Assembly (NCBI GenBank): GCA_045105515.1
Contig: JBGCDR010000045.1
Coordinates: forward strand, 11,720 to 75,719
Length of the DNA: 64,000 nucleotides
Reading direction: 5' to 3'
DNA from: Oligoflexales bacterium
Lineage (GTDB): Bacteria; Bdellovibrionota_B; Oligoflexia; Oligoflexales; Bog-1112
The notes below the pieces were generated by a model that was not told where the DNA came from, ran no database searches, and saw nothing but the letters and a program-made list of their open reading frames with translations. The position numbers and the translations under genes are program-made. Numbering within the stretch: the first letter of the stretch is position 1; each line of letters opens with the position of its first letter. Positions 20,955 to 30,886 of this stretch are shown piece by piece.

Positions 20955-22061
20955 ATGCATATTCTACATATAGATACGGAAAAAACATGGAGAGGTGGAG
21001 AAAACCAAATCAGGCTTTTGGTTGAAGGTTTAAGCGCTATGGGTATTGAAAACTCCATTGCGGCTCCTCCAGCAAGTGAATTAGCAAAAAGGATGGAAAA
21101 TACCTGCTGTGTTTTTAAAACTCCTTTACGAGGAGAGTTGAATGTTAATGCTGCTTATAAAATAGCTCGATTCTGTAAAGAAAATGGTGTGTCTATAATC
21201 GACTGTCAAAGTTCGCATGCGCACAGTATTGGTCTGATGTGTAAGCAGTTTTTTCTCCCAAGCTTAAAGCTTGTGGTGCACCGTCGAGTTGATTTCCCCC
21301 CAAAAACTGGCCTAGTTAATCGGTTCAAATACCTTCATCAAGGGATAGATAGGTATATTCCCATATCAAAGGCAATCAATGATGTTTTGCTACAATACGG
21401 GGTTTCTGAAGACAAGACGGTTACTGTTCCAAGTGCTGTGGACAAAAAAGTATATCAAAGTTTTGAGCGGAGCAGCGAAAAAGCTAAGTGGTGTGCCAAA
21501 TATAGCCTTGACCCTCAACTGCCCTTGATCGGACAGGCTGCTGCAATGACAGAGCAAAAAGGATATGAGACTCTTTTAAATGCTTTGTCGGTGCTAAAGG
21601 GTAAATCTTATGATTTTCATTGCTTAGTAGCTGGGGATGGGCCTCTGCGTCCGTCTCTTGAAAAATTGAGAGTTTCCCTAAACTTGGAAGGTTGCCTTAG
21701 CTTTATCGGATGGATTGATGAAGTCCCCTCATTTCTATCGGCGCTTGATGTATTTGCCATGCCTTCCAATTTTGAAGGCCTCGGCACGGCTGCGCTAGAT
21801 GCGATCTATGCAGGCTGCCCTGTGGTGGCGAGTTCAGTGGGAGGCTTGAAGGAAAGTATTATAGATGAACATACTGGTCTTCTAGCTGGAGTAAAAAATT
21901 CGAAGGAATTTGCTGAGCAGCTTGAGCGTATCCTTAAGGAGCCAGAGTTTGGTCGCAAGCTAAATAGACAGGCAAAGCACCATTGCGACCGTAATTTTTC
22001 TTTGGAGGCGATGGTGATGGGTAATTTAAAAGTATACCAAGAATTATTAGGGCTTAGGTAG
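20955..22061 (+). CDS. Glycosyltransferase family 4 (GT-B)
   Basis: WRGGENQ, QKGY, AGDGP, MPSNFEGLGTAALDA and PVVASSVGG. Confidence 0.9.
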   Translation: MHILHIDTEKTWRGGENQIRLLVEGLSAMGIENSIAAPPASELAKRMENTCCVFKTPLRGELNVNAAYKIARFCKENGVSIIDCQSSHAHSIGLMCKQFFLPSLKLVVHRRVDFPPKTGLVNRFKYLHQGIDRYIPISKAINDVLLQYGVSEDKTVTVPSAVDKKVYQSFERSSEKAKWCAKYSLDPQLPLIGQAAAMTEQKGYETLLNALSVLKGKSYDFHCLVAGDGPLRPSLEKLRVSLNLEGCLSFIGWIDEVPSFLSALDVFAMPSNFEGLGTAALDAIYAGCPVVASSVGGLKESIIDEHTGLLAGVKNSKEFAEQLERILKEPEFGRKLNRQAKHHCDRNFSLEAMVMGNLKVYQELLGLR

Positions 22062-22988
22062 CCGGCGTTTTAGATCATCTAAGAATTTCTGCAGAAAAAA
22101 CATGGTGGAGCGAACCTGAGGGTGGGTGACCGCAGATTTTACAAACTCTTTGAAACTATCCTTAATCCCATGTATGTAGTCGAATACAGGTTTCGATAGC
22201 CAGTAGATTAGAGGCTTTTCAAGAAGTCTTTGGGTTTTGATGAAGCCTAAGTTTATAGCTTTATCCTGGTCACTTAATTTGAACCTGCTCATAAAGCTAA
22301 GATCCATATATATGGTGTATTCTGCCGACTTAATATTTTCTAACGAAACTTGATCCACTAGGATATCAAAGCAGCGGTTCATGACTTCCAACATACCGCT
22401 GGGCATTGCAACATGCTGTTTGATGTCACTCAACGAAACAGCGACCACAAAATTTGCTCCTAGCTGTTTTGCCGCTGAAACTGGAATGTTCTCAGTAAGG
22501 GCGCCATCAACCAGCAGCATATTTTCGTGTTCCACAGGAGAGTAAATTCCTGGGAAGCTGCAGCTGGCCTGCACTAATTTGGCTAGGGGGCCTTTTGTGA
22601 AAATTTTGCTTTCACCAGTGATTAGGTCGGTGCATAAGATACTTAGTGGAATAGGAGCATCTTGGATATCTACAGCACCAAGCTCTTTCTCAATCACCCC
22701 AGCCAAACCTTGGTTGCTTGATAGGCCGAGTTTTACTGGAATAAGGTTAGAGATCCTTGAAAATGTTAGGGTGTCGAAGATCAGTCTAATTTCTTCTGTT
22801 GATTTTCCAAAAGCGTAGAGAGCGGCAACTATTGCACCTGCACTGGTTCCTGACATACAGGATATTTTGATATGTTTGTGCTCAAATGCACGCAATACTC
22901 CAATATGAGCAACTCCACGAGCTCCCCCGCCGCCCAGTGCTAAACCCAGCCTTGTTGTTAGTCCTAGATTCTGGAAACTCTTACGCAA
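22047..22988 (-). CDS. Patatin-like phospholipase
   Basis: LALGGGGARGVAHIG, GTSAG (catalytic Ser), ASCSFPG and LVDGA (catalytic Asp). Confidence 0.92.
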   Translation of the reverse strand: MRKSFQNLGLTTRLGLALGGGGARGVAHIGVLRAFEHKHIKISCMSGTSAGAIVAALYAFGKSTEEIRLIFDTLTFSRISNLIPVKLGLSSNQGLAGVIEKELGAVDIQDAPIPLSILCTDLITGESKIFTKGPLAKLVQASCSFPGIYSPVEHENMLLVDGALTENIPVSAAKQLGANFVVAVSLSDIKQHVAMPSGMLEVMNRCFDILVDQVSLENIKSAEYTIYMDLSFMSRFKLSDQDKAINLGFIKTQRLLEKPLIYWLSKPVFDYIHGIKDSFKEFVKSAVTHPQVRSTMFFLQKFLDDLKRRLPKP

Positions 22989-23164
22989 TTTTCAGTTCCT
23001 CAACATAGTACTACTATTCTAACGAGAATACGTCCGAAACCGAAACTTAAACCAAAGTTCTATTCATCTCCGATTCTAGGTGATGTTACAAAATATTAGA
23101 GAAATCTTCTTTGTCATAGGATAATATGCAACGTGATTTATGAAAGTATAAATATAGGAACTTT

Positions 23165-23890
23165 TTGAAGAACAATATGGAATTTAAATTCGATTTTCCA
23201 GAAGGTTATACCTTTGCAGGGAAGTATGAAATCATATCTTTTTTGGGTTCGGGGGCAGAGGGTGAAGTTTACCTAACCCGAGAAACTGATACAGGCATAG
23301 AAAGAACTGCTAAGTTTTTCTTTCCTAACAATAAGATTACTGGCCCAGACAACACAAGAAGATTAGCTAAAAAGCTCTATAAAATCAGAAATTGCCAAGA
23401 AATCATTCAGTACCATACCCATGAAAAGATCTGGTTTAGGAAACAAAAAATAATCTGTCTTATCTCTGAGTATGTGGAGGGAGAGCTACTTTCGGCATTT
23501 TTAGCACGCCAAAGGGGGAAAAAACTCAATTACTACATGACATTGCACCTTATATATGCGATAGCATGTGGCCTGCAAGTTATTCACGCGCTGGGTGAGT
23601 ATCATGGGGATCTCCATGAAGGAAATATTTTTGTCATGCAGTATGGCATGGGATTCAAGGTAAAGTTGATAGATGCGGTGGATTGGAGAGATTCTAGAAC
23701 TGCAAATATCAAGAAGGATGTCTGCGATTTAATTCATATTTTTTACGAATGCATTGGGGGTCGTAACTGTTATGCTAACCTCCCAATTCAGATCAAGCAG
23801 ATTATTTGTGGCTTGAGGAAGGACCTGATCACCAAAAAGTTTCGCAATGCAGGTATCTTGAAAACTTACTTAGAGCATATGGAATGGTAG
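23165..23890 (+). CDS. Compact Ser/Thr protein kinase-like protein
   Basis: LGSGAEGEVY, TAKFF, SEYVEG, YHGDLHEGNI and VKLID. Confidence 0.85.
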   Translation: MKNNMEFKFDFPEGYTFAGKYEIISFLGSGAEGEVYLTRETDTGIERTAKFFFPNNKITGPDNTRRLAKKLYKIRNCQEIIQYHTHEKIWFRKQKIICLISEYVEGELLSAFLARQRGKKLNYYMTLHLIYAIACGLQVIHALGEYHGDLHEGNIFVMQYGMGFKVKLIDAVDWRDSRTANIKKDVCDLIHIFYECIGGRNCYANLPIQIKQIICGLRKDLITKKFRNAGILKTYLEHMEW

Positions 23891-24672
23891 CGTTAAAACA
23901 ATCAATTTTACTTTTTAACCAAGATATGACTGGCCCTGAAACTGTCGTAACTGATCAGTTTACTTTGAGCTATCTCATTAGGCGTAATCCTGGGAGTAAG
24001 ATCACCGAGGATTCGGCAGGACTTTTTTTATTTGAAGATGGCTCCTTGGTTTGTGCTGTAGCAGATGGAATTGGCGGTCATAGGTCTGGCGAAAAAGCTT
24101 CTAGGTTTGCTATTGAGGCACTTCAGAAAAATTTGCAGGATCAGAATTTTTCACTGATGAAGAGGATGACCACCAGCTTTGAGGAAGCTAATCAGAAGGT
24201 CTTGGATTTGGGAAGTGGCGCTGGTTCAACTTTGGTTGTAGGCTCACTTCACGCATCATATAGTCGTTTTTATCATGCTGGTGATTCAATTGGTGTTCTT
24301 CTCGGAGGGCGTGGCAAAGTTAAATATGAAACTACAGCCCATTGTCCCTATGGTTTGGGAGTCGAAGCAGGCCTAATAACTGCTGATGATCAAAGCAGTG
24401 TTCCAGAAGACCTGCGTTATATGGTGACTAATTATATTGGTAGACCTGATTTACGCATAGAGGTGGCAACTCAGCAAAAACTTCATAAGATGGATCGTAT
24501 CTTTTTATATTCGGACGGTTTATCTGATAACTTCCGTTTAGATGAAATCCCTGTATCCCAGCGACCTAGTGAAATTTGTAGCTATATCGCTAATAATGCC
24601 CGTGACCGGATGCTTGGCAGCTCTGGTAAACAAGATGACCTCGCTCTTGTGGTAATCTGTCAAAACCCATAA
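23884..24672 (+). CDS. PP2C/PPM family Ser/Thr phosphatase
   Basis: TEDS, VADGIGG, AGDS, YSDGL and QDD; the ATG at 23884 overlaps the kinase stop. Confidence 0.88.
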   Translation: MVALKQSILLFNQDMTGPETVVTDQFTLSYLIRRNPGSKITEDSAGLFLFEDGSLVCAVADGIGGHRSGEKASRFAIEALQKNLQDQNFSLMKRMTTSFEEANQKVLDLGSGAGSTLVVGSLHASYSRFYHAGDSIGVLLGGRGKVKYETTAHCPYGLGVEAGLITADDQSSVPEDLRYMVTNYIGRPDLRIEVATQQKLHKMDRIFLYSDGLSDNFRLDEIPVSQRPSEICSYIANNARDRMLGSSGKQDDLALVVICQNP

Positions 24673-24792
24673 CGAAGGTTCACCTGTTGATTTCATTGTA
24701 GCTTTGCTACCAGATACTTTTCAGTTTTCCTAATATGCGAGCCTGGAGTATGGTAAGTTCGAGGGAACCATTCTCAGAAAAAGGTGTTTTGA

Positions 24793-27700
24793 GTGGACGG
24801 TGAATTAGAAGCAAAATCTCCTGTATATGCCCATTTGCATGTGCATAGTGAATATTCTATTGCTGATGGCAGTATCCGGATTAAAGAGCTGGTGCAGAAA
24901 ACGGTCGAACGTGGCCATTCTCATGTTGCATTGACGGATCACGGTAATATGCACGGTGCTATTGAATTTTATCAAGCTTGCAAGGGTTCTGGGATTGTCC
25001 CCATCATCGGATGTGAAGTCTATCATCATGGCTCGCAACTTAGCTTGGATTTTGCAGAAGAGAAGGGGCTTGAGGACCATAGTCATGGGCCCTTTCACTT
25101 AATTTTACTAGCAAAAGATACCCAGGGTTATCAAAGCCTCCTTAAGATCGTTTCGAGTGGGTACACTGATGGCAATTTAAATGAAGTGCCTGTTGTCCCT
25201 GAGGGAGCCTTGGATAAACATCCTCAGCAGCTAGTGGCCCTTACTTCTTGCTTGCGTGGAGAATTTGCATTTTGGGTAAAGGAACTGCGTAGGGTCTCCG
25301 GGAGAGGACCAATATGCTTTGACTCTAATGAACAAGCTGTGCGCGTTCCTTATCAGGGTTTGGCAGAATATGTAAAGGGTATGAAACGGCGTTTTGGAAG
25401 TTCCAACTTCTATGTTGAACTTATCAATAATAACTTGTCTGAACAACGACGTTTAATCCCTGACTTGGTTGCTGCAGCTGAGCATTTTCAGCTTCCCTTG
25501 GTTGCAACTGCGGACGCTCATTACCTTGATAAAGAGTTTGCTGATACTCATGCTCTTGCAGTGGCTATAAAAAATGGAATTACACTTAATCATATTCGTG
25601 AACGGCAGAGAAATGCTCATTTTCATCTAGCTAGCGATGAAGAAATGCATGATCTATTCGAGGAGTACCCTCAAGCACTTGTGAATACCATGGAGGTAGC
25701 ACGAAAGTGTTCAAGCCTCGAAATCAAGATGGATACCTATTATCTACCTAAGATAGACTTGGGGACTAATGAGTCATCAGTTGAAGCGCTTGAGCGTATC
25801 GCAAAAGAGGGATTAGAGGAGCGATTCAGAGTTCTTACCGAGTGCGGTGCAGCTCTTAGTGATGAGAAAAAAAAGGTTTATTGGGAGCGCTTAGAGTACG
25901 AGCTTAAAGTTATCGTGCAGATGGGTTTTCCTGATTACTTTCTTATCGTTCAGGACTTTATCAACTGGGCTAAACGTCAGCACATTCCAGTTGGCCCTGG
26001 ACGTGGATCTGGAGCTGGTTCTTTAGTAGCTTATGCACTTAAAATCACAGACTTGGATCCTCTTCCCTATAACCTAATATTTGAACGTTTCTTGAACCCG
26101 GAACGTGTCTCTATGCCAGACTTTGATGTGGATTTCTGTCAGTGGCGTAGAGAGGAGGTGATTCAGTACTGTGTAGGGAAATATGGTTTTAGTAATGTTG
26201 CTCAGATAACTACCTTTGGGAAAATGCAGGCAAAGGGTGCTGTAAAAAGTGTGGGCCGAGCCATGAACCTTGGCTATTCTCGAGTGGATCAATTTACAAA
26301 ATTGTTTCCCCCCGATCTTGGGATTACCTTGAAAGATGCCCTTGAGCAGGAGCCGAGATTAAAAGAGGAAATGGAAAAAGACGAAGGTCTTAAAGATTGC
26401 ATGAATTATGCACTTAAGCTCGAAGGGCTAGCCAGTCACACCTCTGTTCATGCTGCAGGCCTAGTCATTTCAGATGGGGACATGACCAACTTTGTCCCTG
26501 TTTATACTACTGATGGAAAATCCTATATTACCCAATATGAGATGAAACCAACTGAAAAGGTTGGTTTGGTAAAGTTTGACTTCTTGGGACTTAAAACCCT
26601 CACCGTGATCGATACAGCAGTTACTTTGGTGAGAAAAAACAAGGATCCAGACTTTAATATTGGCAAGATTCCACTCGATGACAAAACAGTTTATGAGATG
26701 GTATCTAAAGGCCATACGGTCGGAATTTTCCAATGTGAAAGTATGGGAATGACCCAGCTCATCCTGAAGCTCAAGCCGAGTACTTTTGAAGATATCATTG
26801 CCCTGGTTGCCCTGTTTAGGCCCGGACCTTTAGGCTCAGGTATGGTTGATGACTTTGTGGAACGAAAGCATGGAAGACAAAAAATTTCTTACCCACATCC
26901 ATCCCTTGCTCCCATTCTCAAAGACACTTATGGAATGATTTTATACCAAGAACAGGTGCAAAAAATTGCGGCAGTTCTTGCTAATTATTCTCTAGGAGAA
27001 GCTGATTTACTTCGCCGGGCAATGGGAAAGAAGATTGCTGAAGAGATGGCAAAGCAGAAGACCCGTTTCGTCACAGGGTCTGTTGAAAACGATATCGATA
27101 AAAAGCTAGCTGAAGAAATCTTTGACCTAATGGCAGAATTCGCTAAATATGGATTTAACAAGAGTCACTCTGCGGCTTATGGTCTTGTGAGCTATCAAAC
27201 AGCATACCTTAAAACTCATTATCCAGAAGAATTTTTAGCAGCCAGTATGACCTGTGATATGGATAACACCGAAAAAATTATTAGGTATGCAGAAGATTGT
27301 ATCCGTCTGGGTTTTACAATTATGCCGCCGGATATTAATCGAAGCTTTCGTGATTTTGACGTGCCAGGGTCAGGAAAAATAGGCTTTGCTTTAGCTGCGA
27401 TAAAAGGCGTTGGAGAAGCAGTTCTTGAGCCTTTGATTAAAGAAAGAGAGACGCATGGACCATATAAAAGTCTTGAAGATTTAGCAAACCGCATCAATTT
27501 ATCGAAGCTTGGTAAAAAAACCTTACAATTGTTAACTGCTGCTGGGGCTTTGGATTCTTTTTCTTACTCGCGCAGGGATGTGGACCGGATAATCCCAGAA
27601 TTGTTTACTTACAGCCAAAATCTCCATGAAGCGAAGTCTATGGGTCAGGTGAGTTTATTTGCACTTGATCAGCAAAAAGAGACATCTATTGAACAAGGTG

Positions 27701-28428
27701 GTGGTGCTCCATGGGTAGATAAGATTTTTCCAGCTGAAAAATCTTGGGGTATGGATGACCTTTTTCAAGAAAAAAAACTTCTGGGATTTTTTCTCTCTGG
27801 GCATCCTCTCGACTTTTACAAGACAGATGTACCTGCCTTTGGAATTGGTAGCTTAAAAAGTATTCTCGAAAAAGCACCAATGCGCAGTAAAGAAAAAGGA
27901 CCGATGGGTAAAAAAAGTGGTCTCCTAGTTGCTGTGGTAGCTCTTTTAAGTAGTGTGAAATATCGTCGAACCAAACGAGGCTCCTTGATGGCTCAGCTAC
28001 GTCTTGAGGAAAAGGGCTTCGGTATCGAAGCTACTATATTTGAAGACCAGTTGAAAGGTATTGAGATACCCGATGAAGATGTCCCTGTTTTAGCAATGGG
28101 GCATGCGGAAATTATCGAAGGGGGACAGCTCCGGTTCACCCTCGAAAGCCTTTATCAGCTGGAGGAAATTCGGCAAGAACGAGTCAAGGCACTTACGATC
28201 CAGCTAGAAGATGTCGGTCGCCTACAGGAATGTGAACACTGGTGCCGAGATATGCGCAAAGCTTTTCAAGATAACCATGGAAATACCCCTGTTTCGTTTC
28301 GAGTATCTTATCCAAACACAGTCGCTGTGATCAGCACTAAAGATCTTAAAGTAGAATTAAGTGACGCATTGTTGCAACGCATTGATCGTATCTGTGGAGG
28401 TGCCTATACCCTTAACTATCAGTTGTAG
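24793..28428 (+). CDS. dnaE: DNA polymerase III alpha subunit
   Basis: PHP domain HLHVHSEYS, GPGRGSGAGS, MPDFDVDF, KFDFLGL, RPGP and YGFNKSHS. Confidence 0.98.
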   Translation: MDGELEAKSPVYAHLHVHSEYSIADGSIRIKELVQKTVERGHSHVALTDHGNMHGAIEFYQACKGSGIVPIIGCEVYHHGSQLSLDFAEEKGLEDHSHGPFHLILLAKDTQGYQSLLKIVSSGYTDGNLNEVPVVPEGALDKHPQQLVALTSCLRGEFAFWVKELRRVSGRGPICFDSNEQAVRVPYQGLAEYVKGMKRRFGSSNFYVELINNNLSEQRRLIPDLVAAAEHFQLPLVATADAHYLDKEFADTHALAVAIKNGITLNHIRERQRNAHFHLASDEEMHDLFEEYPQALVNTMEVARKCSSLEIKMDTYYLPKIDLGTNESSVEALERIAKEGLEERFRVLTECGAALSDEKKKVYWERLEYELKVIVQMGFPDYFLIVQDFINWAKRQHIPVGPGRGSGAGSLVAYALKITDLDPLPYNLIFERFLNPERVSMPDFDVDFCQWRREEVIQYCVGKYGFSNVAQITTFGKMQAKGAVKSVGRAMNLGYSRVDQFTKLFPPDLGITLKDALEQEPRLKEEMEKDEGLKDCMNYALKLEGLASHTSVHAAGLVISDGDMTNFVPVYTTDGKSYITQYEMKPTEKVGLVKFDFLGLKTLTVIDTAVTLVRKNKDPDFNIGKIPLDDKTVYEMVSKGHTVGIFQCESMGMTQLILKLKPSTFEDIIALVALFRPGPLGSGMVDDFVERKHGRQKISYPHPSLAPILKDTYGMILYQEQVQKIAAVLANYSLGEADLLRRAMGKKIAEEMAKQKTRFVTGSVENDIDKKLAEEIFDLMAEFAKYGFNKSHSAAYGLVSYQTAYLKTHYPEEFLAASMTCDMDNTEKIIRYAEDCIRLGFTIMPPDINRSFRDFDVPGSGKIGFALAAIKGVGEAVLEPLIKERETHGPYKSLEDLANRINLSKLGKKTLQLLTAAGALDSFSYSRRDVDRIIPELFTYSQNLHEAKSMGQVSLFALDQQKETSIEQGGGAPWVDKIFPAEKSWGMDDLFQEKKLLGFFLSGHPLDFYKTDVPAFGIGSLKSILEKAPMRSKEKGPMGKKSGLLVAVVALLSSVKYRRTKRGSLMAQLRLEEKGFGIEATIFEDQLKGIEIPDEDVPVLAMGHAEIIEGGQLRFTLESLYQLEEIRQERVKALTIQLEDVGRLQECEHWCRDMRKAFQDNHGNTPVSFRVSYPNTVAVISTKDLKVELSDALLQRIDRICGGAYTLNYQL

Positions 28429-28664
28429 GGTTACTCATCCAATCCGTTGTAGGCTTATTCATCTAATAATTTTGTAAAAAATTTACTAATTAATAAAACA
28501 AATAAAATATTTCTACTTATTTTGTTCAACTAGTATTGCACTCATACCAATATCTAAAGTCCAAGTTGCTGAAATTTAGCCTTTATTTTTTTTAAGCTCG
28601 CTTCTCTTTAGAGATTGATCGTATGAATCGATATACTCAGAGTCCCCCCCTGCTAGGATTAATT

Positions 28665-30875
28665 ATGGTTTTTGTAGATAAATCGGCAAAAATAATGATC
28701 GTGGCTCAATCAGGAGCGGAAAGGCAGTTATTTTCTTCAACATTAAAAAAATCTAATTATGATGGAATTAGAACCGTAGCTAGTATCAAAGATGCTGTTG
28801 GCGTTTTAGAAGTTGAACTAATAGACTGGGTTCTTTCAACTTTATTCAAAGGTTCGGAATACAATGCATTAGCCTTGCTTGAGTTGATCTCTTCACGATT
28901 TGCACTTAAAGACACTCGCGTCACTTTAGTCTTGGAGCAAGAAGAAAGCGAAATTCTTCCAACAGCTTATGAGCTGGGTTTACTTAATCACATTCTTAAA
29001 CCATTCAATAAGGACAGCTTGCTGGATCTTTTTGATAATTTTCATAAAAATTTCGAACAGTTCTCTTGGAGTCATGCTAGGTTTGCTGCTGCTAGCCTTA
29101 GACAATACCTGCAAGCTGAAAAAAAACACCAGTCTCTTCTCAACCTTGAAAAGGGAATGCTTGGACTTTTTCCTGGAGAGTTAGAATATTTACTAAATAT
29201 GGCAAAGCCGCAGCTTGCTTTAGGAATGAAAGATAAGGCTAAAGCAAGCTTGTGCCAAGCAAAGCTGATAGCTTTTGGTCAAGATTCTAAAGTGAATGAA
29301 GTAGCAAGAGAGGTCTTAGGTGAAGAAGAAGCTGAAAAGCTCGATGAAAACCATCAAAGTGGAGCTGCGATTAACTCCCTTGGTTTAAAAAAATGTGTGA
29401 TTATAGATTCGGATGATGCAGCTCGTAAACTTTGTGCTGATAGCCTGAAAAACCTTGGTATTGAACAAGTACTTGAGTTTGATAATGGTGAATCTGCATG
29501 GCAGTGGTTGTCAGTCAATAAAGATTTTGATTTAATTTTGCAGGAATGGAGGATTCCTAAACTTACTGGACCCCTTCTGGTTCAACGCATTAGACAGAAA
29601 TTTCCTGTTTGTCCTATTATTGCGATTTCATCACTCTTAGGAGAAGATGATATACCCTTGGTTCAGGAAATGGGAATTGCCTCTATTGTAAAAAAGCCTC
29701 TTAATAAAGATGATCTCACAAAAAGAGTTGTTTATGTGGTGCAGCAAGATCGTGTGCCAACCAAGGTGCAAGTTCTCGAAGACAAAATTCGTAGACTACT
29801 TGAAGCAAAAAAATACAAAGAAGCACTAGCCCTGCGCGAAAAGTTTAAGAGGAACAAGGATATTCCAGAGGCTAGAAAGAAAATAATCGAGGCAGAGTTC
29901 GCATACAGTGAATCTAAGTTTGAAAAAGCCAGGGATCTCGCAATGGAAGTATTACGAACCCAGAGTGACTCCATAAATATTTTGAACTTTATCGGCAAAT
30001 GCCTTATGCAACTTAATGATTTTGTTGCTGCACTTAAGTGCTTTAAAAAAGCTCAAACTATGTCTCCTAAAAATGTTCAGCGTCTATGTGCGATTGCTGA
30101 AGCAAGTAATGAAGTCGGTGATTCAAAATCTGCCGGAGAAGCTATTGAACAAGCTCAGAAGATAGACCATGGTAACCAAGCAATAGAACAAACACAGATA
30201 ACGATGGATATCAGCTCAGGTAATACTGAAAAAGCCAAAGCAGTTTTAGAAAATCTAGAAAGCTTATCCAATGTGGTTTCCTATTTAAATAATAAGGCTA
30301 TTGCTTGTGCGCGCAGTGGTTTGTTTGATGATGGCATCAATCTTTATAAAAAGACATTGGAATCAATTCCTCAGAAAAGAATGGAGCACAAGTCCATAGT
30401 AAGCTATAATTTGGCTCTCGCCTTTGCGCGTATGGATAAGCTTGATGAAGCTATAAACCAGCTCGAGATGGTTATGGGACTTGGAAAATCGCAAGTATAC
30501 TTAAAAGCTAAATCTTTGTTAGCAAAAATAAACAAGGCTCAAAAATATGGTTCAAAGCTACAGCTAAATGAAAGCAATGAATCAAAGGATACAGATACCA
30601 TACAGAGTGAAATAAAAAGGCTCAATGCAGAGAAAAAACCTGGAAAAAAAGATGAAAAACGAGAGGAAAGTAGTCTTAAGCAACATAATGAAATTATCGC
30701 TGCCATGGACTCCGATCCTGGTGATTTATGTTGCTACAGAGTTTTTGTAAATCCAGAAAAATCAAGCCCCATAGTTGGAGGGCTTTTGAAACATAAAATT
30801 CGCTTTACTCCTCGTGAGGTGGTGGCACGCCAAGAAGCTGCGGGTTTAGAAAAGCTATTAAAGCGAGAGTCTTAG
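28665..30875 (+). CDS. Pseudo-receiver/TPR signalling protein (paralog B)
   Basis: Same architecture as 18624-20789; start placed at MVFVDK by alignment to the paralog (the ORF is open from 28623). Confidence 0.8.
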   Translation: MVFVDKSAKIMIVAQSGAERQLFSSTLKKSNYDGIRTVASIKDAVGVLEVELIDWVLSTLFKGSEYNALALLELISSRFALKDTRVTLVLEQEESEILPTAYELGLLNHILKPFNKDSLLDLFDNFHKNFEQFSWSHARFAAASLRQYLQAEKKHQSLLNLEKGMLGLFPGELEYLLNMAKPQLALGMKDKAKASLCQAKLIAFGQDSKVNEVAREVLGEEEAEKLDENHQSGAAINSLGLKKCVIIDSDDAARKLCADSLKNLGIEQVLEFDNGESAWQWLSVNKDFDLILQEWRIPKLTGPLLVQRIRQKFPVCPIIAISSLLGEDDIPLVQEMGIASIVKKPLNKDDLTKRVVYVVQQDRVPTKVQVLEDKIRRLLEAKKYKEALALREKFKRNKDIPEARKKIIEAEFAYSESKFEKARDLAMEVLRTQSDSINILNFIGKCLMQLNDFVAALKCFKKAQTMSPKNVQRLCAIAEASNEVGDSKSAGEAIEQAQKIDHGNQAIEQTQITMDISSGNTEKAKAVLENLESLSNVVSYLNNKAIACARSGLFDDGINLYKKTLESIPQKRMEHKSIVSYNLALAFARMDKLDEAINQLEMVMGLGKSQVYLKAKSLLAKINKAQKYGSKLQLNESNESKDTDTIQSEIKRLNAEKKPGKKDEKREESSLKQHNEIIAAMDSDPGDLCCYRVFVNPEKSSPIVGGLLKHKIRFTPREVVARQEAAGLEKLLKRES

Positions 30876-30886
30876 TTATTTGGATG

